DNA from: Candidatus Margulisiibacteriota bacterium
GTDB taxonomy: Bacteria > Margulisbacteria > WOR-1 > O2-12-FULL-45-9
DNA: 16,363 nucleotides
Direction: 5' to 3'
Assembly: GCA_043816785.1 (NCBI GenBank)
Contig: JBDRHP010000075.1
Span: 1-16,363, forward strand
Shown: one piece after another, positions 9,757-16,363 of the stretch
Numbering within the stretch: position 1 is the stretch's first letter
Layout of the letters: each line of letters begins with the position of its first letter
Program-made: the position numbers and the translations under genes
Notes under the pieces: generated by a model
Databases searched by the model: none
What the model was told of the DNA's origin: nothing
What the model saw: only the letters and a program-made list of their open reading frames with translations

Positions 9757-9789
9757 AAGGCCTCCGGGGTTTGCCTCGGGGGCCTTTTT
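9757..9789 (+). terminator. Rho-independent terminator of the rrf2-cysK operon
   Basis: Stem AAGGCCTCCGGGG / CCTCGGGGGCCTT with G-U pairs and a TTTG loop, followed by a T-tract, 20 nt after the ferredoxin stop. Confidence 0.8.
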
Positions 9790-9840
9790 ATGCAATTTTT
9801 TCCCTTCTGATCACGATATATTAAGTAGAGGAGATCGCCT

Positions 9841-10341
9841 ATGCGCGGCAAGCTTTACTATAAGTTAAAGGCCCAATTATTAATAGCTGCTTTGAAAAGA
9901 AAGCTGCCAGATTTTCTTAAATTTTTCGGCTTGGCTTTCTTGCTGCTGGCGCTGGTCTTTATCCCTTCCTCAGCTAAACAGTTAACTTTTTTAAGTAAAT
10001 ACCGGATCGCTTATAGCGATTCTGTTGACGCGACTGCTTATAATTCATTGGAGGGCCAAACAGACAGTACCCCATGGATCACTGCCTCAGGCACTCGTTG
10101 TCGCAAAGGTGTCATAGCTGCCAACCACTTGCCGATTGGCACTAAAGTAATTATTGAGGGTTTTGGTGATCAGATATTTATTGTTGAGGACCGCATGAAC
10201 CGCCGTTACAATAGGCGTATTGATATCTGGTTTAGAAATTATGGGGATGCGCTTGCGTTTGGAAAACGAAAGATCAGATATCACGTTTTAGAGCCTATAG
10301 ATACACCGCCCCTTTCTCTTGCCTCTTTTATACGCATCTAG
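9841..10341 (+). CDS. Membrane-anchored 3D-domain protein (putative peptidoglycan lytic transglycosylase-like)
   Basis: N-terminal hydrophobic helix, then ATAYNS...QTD..PWITASG, VEDRMN and RIDIWF...ALAFGK motifs of the 3D domain. SD GAGGAG. Confidence 0.85.
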   Translation: MRGKLYYKLKAQLLIAALKRKLPDFLKFFGLAFLLLALVFIPSSAKQLTFLSKYRIAYSDSVDATAYNSLEGQTDSTPWITASGTRCRKGVIAANHLPIGTKVIIEGFGDQIFIVEDRMNRRYNRRIDIWFRNYGDALAFGKRKIRYHVLEPIDTPPLSLASFIRI

Positions 10342-10347
10342 TATTAT
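10319..10347 (+). promoter_or_regulatory. Putative promoter for a leaderless larE transcript
   Basis: TTGCCT (10319-10324), a 17-nt spacer, then TATTAT (10342-10347), 6 nt before ATG 10354. There is no SD. Confidence 0.45.
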
Positions 10348-10353
10348 AGATGC

Positions 10354-11169
10354 ATGTCCCCAAAGCGTGCCAAGCTCCAAAATATGCTCAAAGAGATGAA
10401 GAGTGTCTTGATTGCCTTTTCTGGTGGAGTTGACAGCACTTTTTTACTTAAAGTGGCCCGGGACGCTTTGGGCGACAATGTTTTGGCTGTGATCGCTGAA
10501 TCCCCTACATACCCTGAAAGCGAAGTGCGTTGGGCGGAAGAGATGTGCGAAACGTTAGGCGTTAGGCGACGAACGATACAAACTGATGAGTTTGCTGATG
10601 AGAACTTTGTCAGTAATCCCCAAGAACGCTGTTATTTTTGTAAAAAAGAGCTTTTTTCTAAACTTCTTCAGATTGCCAAGGAAAATAATATTCCTTATGT
10701 TCTTGATGGATCAAACTTTGATGATAAATCAGATTATCGGCCAGGCACTCAAGCCAAAAATGAGCTAGGTGTTCGAAGTCCGCTATTAGAATTAGGCTTT
10801 ACCAAACAGGAGATACGTGAACATTCCCAAAAATTAGGTTTGCCCACCTGGGATAAGCCGTCTTATGCGTGTTTGGCTTCTCGGATTCCATATGGGACAA
10901 GGATAACCCAGGGAATATTAGGGAAAATCAGGGAAGGGGAAGGATTCTTAAGATCCCTTGGCTTCAAGCAGTTACGGGTACGCCATCATGGCAATATTGT
11001 GCGTATAGAGGTTGATAAAGATTCTGTTGCTCAGGTTATGGAAGAAGACCTAATGGATAAAATCTCCAAGAAGTTTGAATCCCTTGGCTACACCTACGTG
11101 ACCCTTGACCTCAAAGGCTACCGCACTGGCAGTATGAATGAGGGTTTACCAATAAGTAGACCGGTTTAA
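10354..11169 (+). CDS. larE: LarE-family ATP-dependent sulfur transferase (PP-loop)
   Basis: AFSGGVDS PP-loop, RCYFCK, DYRPG, WDKPSYACLASRIPYG, RVRHHG and LKGYRTGSMN. Confidence 0.92.
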   Translation: MSPKRAKLQNMLKEMKSVLIAFSGGVDSTFLLKVARDALGDNVLAVIAESPTYPESEVRWAEEMCETLGVRRRTIQTDEFADENFVSNPQERCYFCKKELFSKLLQIAKENNIPYVLDGSNFDDKSDYRPGTQAKNELGVRSPLLELGFTKQEIREHSQKLGLPTWDKPSYACLASRIPYGTRITQGILGKIREGEGFLRSLGFKQLRVRHHGNIVRIEVDKDSVAQVMEEDLMDKISKKFESLGYTYVTLDLKGYRTGSMNEGLPISRPV

Positions 11170-11499
11170 GACTAGGTAAATCTGAATTCCCATTAAAACA
11201 ACCCAAACAAAAGCATATTGCGTTCGGAAAGCTTCCAGCTCATCTGTGATTTCTTTTGTTTCTACGCTATAGGGGTAAATTTCCAGTTCCTTAAGGTTCT
11301 CGTTTGTTTTAATGATTGTTTTATCCGGGACTGTTATTACAGAGCAATTACGCAGAGGGTTGGGTATTCTTATAACAACCGGCTCATCATTAGTCCCTTG
11401 GACAGAAAACGGGCTAACGATGCCTGGCTCAAGCTGAATTTCTGCCGCAACCGGCAGACCAATCAAACAGGTTATTAATATATAAATAATGTATCTCAT
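11146..11499 (-). CDS. Hypothetical exported protein with C-terminal TM anchor (paralog 4)
   Basis: Signal-peptide-like N-terminus. C-terminal VETKEITDELEAFRTQYAFVW + TM is shared with its three upstream neighbours. ATGA-coupled to the upstream gene. Confidence 0.8.
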   Translation of the reverse strand: MRYIIYILITCLIGLPVAAEIQLEPGIVSPFSVQGTNDEPVVIRIPNPLRNCSVITVPDKTIIKTNENLKELEIYPYSVETKEITDELEAFRTQYAFVWVVLMGIQIYLVLNRSTYW

Positions 11500-11936
11500 C
11501 TTGATCTAATGGCCATATAAACTCCGGCAAAAAGCATGCTCCAGAGCGCTAAATACTGCAGCCGAAAAACAGAAAATTCATCCCTGATCTTTTTTGTATC
11601 TACTTTTTGCGCGGCAATATTGATTGTTGTTATGTTTGAGCCGACCGGGACCTTGATGGCGGATAAGCCGTAAGACGTTGTGCTTACAGTCACTTCACCG
11701 CTGCTGATTAGATTACCTTTAACGATAATTTGCCATTCATCAGGTGAAAACCGATCATTATTATATTCATAAACGCAGTTTATTTTTGTGCCAGGAAGGA
11801 TAATTAAGGTGCTGCCCTTGGGAACAGTGACATTACTTTTCAGTTCAACCTCACCAGACCAAATTGTGGTAGCTCCAATTGAAGGAATCTCGATTAAGAG
11901 CGATAAGATTAATATGATTGCAATATTTCTGATCAT
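11496..11936 (-). CDS. Hypothetical exported protein with beta-helix-like repeat and C-terminal TM anchor (paralog 3)
   Basis: Signal peptide, WSGEVELKSNVTVPKGSTLIILPGT, then VDTKKIRDEFSVFRLQYLALW + TM + RSR. Confidence 0.82.
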   Translation of the reverse strand: MIRNIAIILILSLLIEIPSIGATTIWSGEVELKSNVTVPKGSTLIILPGTKINCVYEYNNDRFSPDEWQIIVKGNLISSGEVTVSTTSYGLSAIKVPVGSNITTINIAAQKVDTKKIRDEFSVFRLQYLALWSMLFAGVYMAIRSR

Positions 11937-12337
11937 CTGGCCTCAATTAATATAAAAGTGCTGGCAAAAAGCAGTGACCATAGTATAGCATACTGGGCTT
12001 TGAACACATTAAACTCCTCTTTTAAAATTTCCGTGTCAACATCGTATGGCTTGACTTTGATAACTTCAATAGTTGATGAATTCGTTAGCAAAGTGTTGTA
12101 GAAATCAACTCGCTTATCTTCTTCTCCCAGAATGTTGAGTGTGCCAAAGGAAATAATCTTATTTCCATTGGTAAAAACCTTTGTCCCCGGCGCAATAGTG
12201 AGGGACAAGCCGCTTGGGACAATAATGTCTTCAGTTAAATTAATACTGCCTGCCCAAACTGCATTTTTATCAAGCTGTAAAGCCAGGCATTGGCTGGCCA
12301 GGGCCAATATTAAAATAATAGCAATTGTTCTTAACAT
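11933..12337 (-). CDS. Hypothetical exported protein with beta-helix-like repeat and C-terminal TM anchor (paralog 2)
   Basis: Signal peptide, WAGSINLTEDIIVPSGLSLTIAPGT, then VDTEILKEEFNVFKAQYAILW + TM + R. Confidence 0.82.
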   Translation of the reverse strand: MLRTIAIILILALASQCLALQLDKNAVWAGSINLTEDIIVPSGLSLTIAPGTKVFTNGNKIISFGTLNILGEEDKRVDFYNTLLTNSSTIEVIKVKPYDVDTEILKEEFNVFKAQYAILWSLLFASTFILIEAR

Positions 12338-12338
12338 C

Positions 12339-12656
12339 TTATCGATACCTTGTTAACCAGTTATAATAAAGCGCTAAAGATAGATATATGCCAAAGATAA
12401 CGTAACGGTTGCGAAACATTTTAAATTCATTGATTTCATCTTTGATGTCCAATTTTTCCGGCACTACGATTACTTTTTGAGTGTTGGCTGATAGATCGAT
12501 CTTGGCTAATGGGGAAATTACCACTGCTTGGTCAGCAGAGCCGTTTAAAGTAATGTTTTTAGCCCAGCTTTCCTGGGTAATTAGCACGTCTGACCAGGCC
12601 ATTGTATTGGGCAGTAAAATAAATATTAAAATTAAGAGGCAACTGATAATTTTCAT
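12339..12656 (-). CDS. Hypothetical exported protein with C-terminal TM anchor (paralog 1)
   Basis: Start revised to ATG 12656 (MKIISCLL, a signal peptide), 1 nt after the upstream stop. C-terminal LDIKDEINEFKMFRNRYVIF + TM + RYR. Confidence 0.75.
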   Translation of the reverse strand: MKIISCLLILIFILLPNTMAWSDVLITQESWAKNITLNGSADQAVVISPLAKIDLSANTQKVIVVPEKLDIKDEINEFKMFRNRYVIFGIYLSLALYYNWLTRYR

Positions 12657-12657
12657 T

Positions 12658-13239
12658 TTAAAAATAAATGCTCGAAGCAATGTATGGTCCGCGCATCGAA
12701 TCTTCCCCATTAAATTTTAATTCTTTATAACCCAAGCGAACATTGAAATCGCCGTAGTCATCTCCCCAGTAAGCTAGCCAGCCCAGGTCATAACTAAGGA
12801 TGTTGGGGCCAACTACATTGAGATACATGCCCCAAATGGGGGAGAAGCTTCTGGCCCATTTTATCCTGGCATTGAGCTGGTGGATCTCAAAATTCACATT
12901 AGTGGCTTTATCCAGAATGTTGTTGTAGGTCAAATAGGACGGGCCAATGCCTAGGGATGAGTCAGGGTCGTCAGCTGTTTTGTATAGTAATGATATTTCA
13001 TTATAGTTAATTTTCGTGGTTGAGATTTCGCCCACGCCGCCTCTAACTTCCGCATTTAAACGTTTGAATATGTTGCCGCTGCAAACAATGCCGCAGGTAA
13101 CTAAACTTGATTGTGTATTGCCCTTTTTGCTGGAAAACGAAAAATATTCCGGGCCATAGGCAAGGTTGTAGGAAAAAGGGCGGGCCAGAGAGGGGGCTGC
13201 TATAAGTATTACCAGTAAGGCAATAGAGAGGAATTTCAT
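12658..13239 (-). CDS. Putative small outer-membrane beta-barrel protein
   Basis: Start revised to ATG 13239 (MKFLSIALLVILIAAPSLA signal peptide). It has alternating amphipathic strands, FNVRLGYK, and a C-terminal GPYIASSIYF ending in Phe, resembling a BAM beta-signal. Confidence 0.7.
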   Translation of the reverse strand: MKFLSIALLVILIAAPSLARPFSYNLAYGPEYFSFSSKKGNTQSSLVTCGIVCSGNIFKRLNAEVRGGVGEISTTKINYNEISLLYKTADDPDSSLGIGPSYLTYNNILDKATNVNFEIHQLNARIKWARSFSPIWGMYLNVVGPNILSYDLGWLAYWGDDYGDFNVRLGYKELKFNGEDSMRGPYIASSIYF

Positions 13240-13246
13240 TATTTTA

Positions 13247-13275
13247 ATTCTATAGATTGTGGCGCTGAATGTCAA
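13247..13275 (-). promoter_or_regulatory. Sigma70 promoter of the beta-barrel/paralog operon (probably leaderless)
   Basis: On the minus strand: TTGACA (13275-13270), a 17-nt spacer, then TAGAAT (13252-13247). The ATG at 13239 follows after 7 nt. Confidence 0.7.
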
Positions 13276-13294
13276 GAAAACAAGGCGTTTGGGC

Positions 13295-13327
13295 GTAGTT
13301 GACAGAATTAGTCAAGTATAATATAAT
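13295..13327 (+). promoter_or_regulatory. iscR promoter with an overlapping IscR type-1-like operator
   Basis: Consensus TTGACA (13299-13304), a 17-nt spacer, then TATAAT (13322-13327). The palindrome TAGTTGAC-AGAATTA-GTCAAGTAT resembles the IscR type-1 site. Confidence 0.8.
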
Positions 13328-13336
13328 GCGGACGCT

Positions 13337-13735
13337 ATGAAACTCTCAACTAAAGGCAGATACGGAGTAACGGCCATGTTTGATCTGGCAGCTCACGGCA
13401 AAGGCGAGCCGATCACCGCGGCTGATATAGCTGAACGCCAAGCTATTCCTTTAGCCTATTTGGAACAGCTGCTTTCAAAATTAAGGCGGGCCGGGTTGGT
13501 CCGAACGGTCAGGGGCCCTTCAGGTGGTTATATTTTATCCAAAAAGCCGGCCCAAGTAAGCATTGGCGACATTATCCGGGCCACTGATGGTCCGGTGGCT
13601 TTGGCTGATTGTGTGCCGTCATCAGCTACCTGTCCTAAGAGCGGCTGTTGTTCTACCAAGGCGCTCTGGGGGAACTTGAGCGATAAGGTTACCAAAGTTT
13701 TTGATTCGACCAGCTTAAAGGATCTGTGTAAATGA
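13337..13735 (+). CDS. iscR: Rrf2-family regulator, IscR-like with Fe-S Cys ligands
   Basis: MKLSTKGRYGVTAMFDLA, YLEQLLSKLRRAGLV and RGPSGGY, with Cys cluster C-X6-C-X4-CC. It heads the nifS-nifU operon. Confidence 0.88.
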   Translation: MKLSTKGRYGVTAMFDLAAHGKGEPITAADIAERQAIPLAYLEQLLSKLRRAGLVRTVRGPSGGYILSKKPAQVSIGDIIRATDGPVALADCVPSSATCPKSGCCSTKALWGNLSDKVTKVFDSTSLKDLCK

Positions 13736-14892
13736 AGCGAATTTATTTAGATTACGCGGCAACTACGCCAGTGCACCCTGATGTGGCAGCTGAGATGCAG
13801 CCGTATTTCTCTGAGAAGTTCGGTAATCCTTCCAGTATCCATTCTTTTGGCCAGGAAGCCAAAGCGGCTGTGGAACGAGCCAGGGAACAGGTTGCCGGGC
13901 TAATCGCGGCTCAACCTGAGGAGATTGTTTTTACTTCGGGGGGAACGGAGGCCAACAATTTTGCTGTGCAGGGGATTGCCCTGGCTAATGAAGATCGCGG
14001 TAACCATATTATTGTCTCAAAGATCGAGCATCATGCGGTGCTTGAGCCGGCCAGGTTCCTGGAGAATCATGGTTTTAAGGTGACGTTTCTGCCGGTTGAT
14101 AACGACGGACTGGTGCATCCTGAGGATGTCCAAAAAGCGATTACTGATAAAACCATCTTGGTTTCTATCATGCATGCCAATAACGAGATCGGCACGATCG
14201 AGCCAATTGAGGAAATCTCAAAGATTACTAAAGAAAAGGGAGTTTATTTTCATACAGATGCTGTGCAAACAGTTGGGAGTATTCCGGTTGATGTTAATAA
14301 GCTTGGGGTGGATCTGCTGTCTACCTCAGCTCACAAGCTTTATGGCCCTAAAGGTGTCGGGGCTTTATATATTAGAAAGGGAACACGCCTAGAGCCTTTT
14401 ATAAGAGGTGGTGGACAGGAAAGACATCGTCGCGCTTCAACTGAAAATGTTGCTGGGATTGTTGGTTTTGGGAAAGCCTGTGAGCTGGCCAAAAATGAGC
14501 TGCAAAGTCGAATTGATCATTTAATTCCTTTGCGGGATAAATTGATCAAAGGGATCAAAGATAATATTCAGGATGTTGTCTTGAACGGCCATCCTTCGAT
14601 CCGGTTGCCAAAGAATGTTGATATAACGGTCAAATATGTTGAAGGGGAATCCATGCTTTTGAATTTGGATATAGAAGGGATAGCTGTTTCGACTGGGTCG
14701 GCTTGCAGTTCCGGCGCCCTTGAACCGTCACATGTGCTTATGGCAACTGGAATTTCGCCGGAGTTAGCGCATGGCTCGATCCGTTTTACGCTGGGCAGAT
14801 TAACAACCGATGAAGATATTGATCGGGTTTTAGAGGTGTATCCAAAGATCGTGGAAAAACTGCGGAAAATGTCGCCTTTGGTGAAGAAATAA
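13732..14892 (+). CDS. nifS: Cysteine desulfurase, group I (NifS/IscS)
   Basis: YLDYAATTP, GNPSSIH, FTSGGTEANN, HTDAVQ, SAHKLYGPKG (PLP Lys) and STGSACSS (catalytic Cys). Confidence 0.96.
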   Translation: MKRIYLDYAATTPVHPDVAAEMQPYFSEKFGNPSSIHSFGQEAKAAVERAREQVAGLIAAQPEEIVFTSGGTEANNFAVQGIALANEDRGNHIIVSKIEHHAVLEPARFLENHGFKVTFLPVDNDGLVHPEDVQKAITDKTILVSIMHANNEIGTIEPIEEISKITKEKGVYFHTDAVQTVGSIPVDVNKLGVDLLSTSAHKLYGPKGVGALYIRKGTRLEPFIRGGGQERHRRASTENVAGIVGFGKACELAKNELQSRIDHLIPLRDKLIKGIKDNIQDVVLNGHPSIRLPKNVDITVKYVEGESMLLNLDIEGIAVSTGSACSSGALEPSHVLMATGISPELAHGSIRFTLGRLTTDEDIDRVLEVYPKIVEKLRKMSPLVKK

Positions 14893-14932
14893 GCCCCTCG
14901 ACTCGTCCGCCTTCGGCGGACTCGCTCGGGGC
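14893..14932 (+). repeat. REP-like palindromic element with an internal hairpin
   Basis: GCCCCTCGACTC-[GTCCGCCTTCGGCGGACT]-CGCTCGGGGC. It has the same arms as 7037-7079 in the opposite orientation, and an inner perfect stem GTCCGC/GCGGAC. Confidence 0.75.
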
Positions 14933-14947
14933 AAGGAGGTAATTGTA

Positions 14948-15373
14948 ATGGCAGCACCGTATAGTAAGAAAGTAATGGATCATTTTATGCATCCGAGAAA
15001 TGTGGGGGAAATGGAAAATCCAGATGGGATTGGTAAAGTTGGTAATCCGGTTTGCGGAGACATTATGGAAATGTATATCAAGGTAAAAGATAACGTGATT
15101 GTTGACGCCAAGTTTAAAACCTTTGGTTGTGGAGCAGCAATTGCGACTTCTTCCATGGCGACTGAGTTAATCAAAGGAAAAACCATTGAGGAGGCTTTAA
15201 AGTTAACTAATAAAGCAGTGGCTGAGGCTTTAGATGGTCTTCCTCCGGTAAAAATGCATTGTTCAGTCTTGGCTGAGGACGCTTTTAAGGGTGCAGTAGA
15301 TGATTATTTAAAGAAAAAAACCGGCGTGGGGTTACAAGGTTGGAGACCGCATGAAGAGGATCACGAGCACTAA
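14948..15373 (+). CDS. nifU: Fe-S cluster scaffold, single-domain IscU/NifU-N type
   Basis: YSKKVMDHF..PRNVG, GNPVCGD, FKTFGCGAAIATSS and LPPVKMHCS. SD AAGGAGGT. Confidence 0.95.
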   Translation: MAAPYSKKVMDHFMHPRNVGEMENPDGIGKVGNPVCGDIMEMYIKVKDNVIVDAKFKTFGCGAAIATSSMATELIKGKTIEEALKLTNKAVAEALDGLPPVKMHCSVLAEDAFKGAVDDYLKKKTGVGLQGWRPHEEDHEH

Positions 15374-16363
15374 AATTGTCGTTGCCATGTCCGGGGGAGT
15401 GGACTCCTCTGTAGCTGCTGCTCTGTTAAAAGAGCAGGGCCATGATGTTATTGGCATTACCATGCAGATCTGGCCGTCAAAAAAGGCTTTTGGCGGCTGC
15501 TGTTCTTTAGAAGCGGTTGATGACGCTAAAGCCGTGGCTGCTCGATTAGGAATTCCACATTATGTCCTGAACTTCCGTAATGTTTTTAAAGACAAGGTCA
15601 TCAATGACTTTATTGAAGAGTATAAGAATGGCCGCACACCTAATCCCTGTATTCGCTGCAATCAATTTATCAAGTTCGACCATTTGGCGCAAAAGGCGAG
15701 GGAGTTGGGCGCGGAATCTGTAGCAACCGGGCATTATGCGCGCATAGTGAACTCAAAACTGTTAAAAGGCCGCGATAAGAAAAAGGACCAATCTTATGTT
15801 CTTTACATGATGGATCAGGAAAGTTTGGCTCATACTTTGTACCCCCTCGGAGATTTGACAAAGACGGAAGTCAGGAAGCTGGCTAAAGATCTAGATCTGC
15901 CAGTGGCAGAAAAGGCCGAGAGCCAGGAGATCTGTTTTGTGGAAGAAGATGATTACGGCCGATTTCTAAAAGAAACTTATCCCGAAGCTGTTCAGCCGGG
16001 TCAAATCGTTGATAAGGCTGGCAATGTTGTGGGCCAGCACGATGGCATTGCTTTTTTTACGCTGGGACAGCGTAAGGGGATAGGGCATCACAAAGGGCAA
16101 CCAAAATACGTGATTAGACTGGATCGCGAGAACAATGCTGTGGTGATCGGGGATAAAGAAGACACCTTAGGCAAGGAATTGATCGCGGAACAAGTAAGTT
16201 ATATTTCAGGAACTGTGCCCAAAGGGCCTTTGGCTGTTATGGCTAAGATACGCTATAATTCCTCTGAGGTAGAGGCGGTTTTGGAGCCGGAACTTTGCAG
16301 AGCGCGGGTTACATTTGAGGAAGCTCAGCAATCAATTACTCCGGGGCAATCAGTGGTCTTTTA
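15351..16363 (+). CDS. mnmA: tRNA 2-thiouridine(34) synthase MnmA (3' end beyond the window)
   Basis: Not in the ORF track because it has no stop in the window. Manual translation from ATG 15351 (GGAG SD) gives VVAMSGGVDSS, GRTPNPCIRCN, ATGHYA, KDQSY, ESQEICF, TLGQRKG and TPGQSVVF at the window end. Confidence 0.95.
   Translation, partial: MKRITSTKIVVAMSGGVDSSVAAALLKEQGHDVIGITMQIWPSKKAFGGCCSLEAVDDAKAVAARLGIPHYVLNFRNVFKDKVINDFIEEYKNGRTPNPCIRCNQFIKFDHLAQKARELGAESVATGHYARIVNSKLLKGRDKKKDQSYVLYMMDQESLAHTLYPLGDLTKTEVRKLAKDLDLPVAEKAESQEICFVEEDDYGRFLKETYPEAVQPGQIVDKAGNVVGQHDGIAFFTLGQRKGIGHHKGQPKYVIRLDRENNAVVIGDKEDTLGKELIAEQVSYISGTVPKGPLAVMAKIRYNSSEVEAVLEPELCRARVTFEEAQQSITPGQSVVF

Noticed and set aside
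13240..13275. ORF-track starts at 13275 and at 12710
   Set aside because: 13275 is the TTGACA -35 box. ATG 13239 and ATG 12656 give clean signal peptides and coupling to neighbours.

Overview
This is a bacterial chromosomal window from a probable diderm anaerobe (inferred from the OM beta-barrel genes, the Re-citrate synthase and the Asa sulfurtransferase), and it is dominated by sulfur metabolism. In order it contains: bioH-bioC-thiS-trxA-moeB/thiF (+); a convergent Re-citrate-synthase-like/Cache fusion with mdh (-); about 1 kb of decayed genes (a polyprenyl synthetase remnant and an SLH-porin pseudogene); a Cys-less Rrf2 (CymR-like)-cysK-DUF39 homocysteine synthase-NIL/ferredoxin operon with a terminator; a 3D-domain gene; larE; an uncharacterised five-gene minus-strand operon; and iscR-nifS-nifU-mnmA, with mnmA running off the end and missing from the ORF track. 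The most unusual item is the five-gene operon. It encodes an outer-membrane beta-barrel followed by four small paralogous exported proteins that share a C-terminal 'E-F-x-x-F-R-x-Q-Y-x-x-x-W + TM + Arg' module, which is a candidate undescribed envelope complex or sorting signal. Other notable items are nested REP-like palindromes placed exactly between stop codons and Shine-Dalgarno sites, IscR-type operators in front of both Rrf2 paralogs, several predicted leaderless transcripts, and a MoeB/ThiF whose crossover-loop Cys is replaced by Gly. All calls come from motif recognition by eye; no searches were run.
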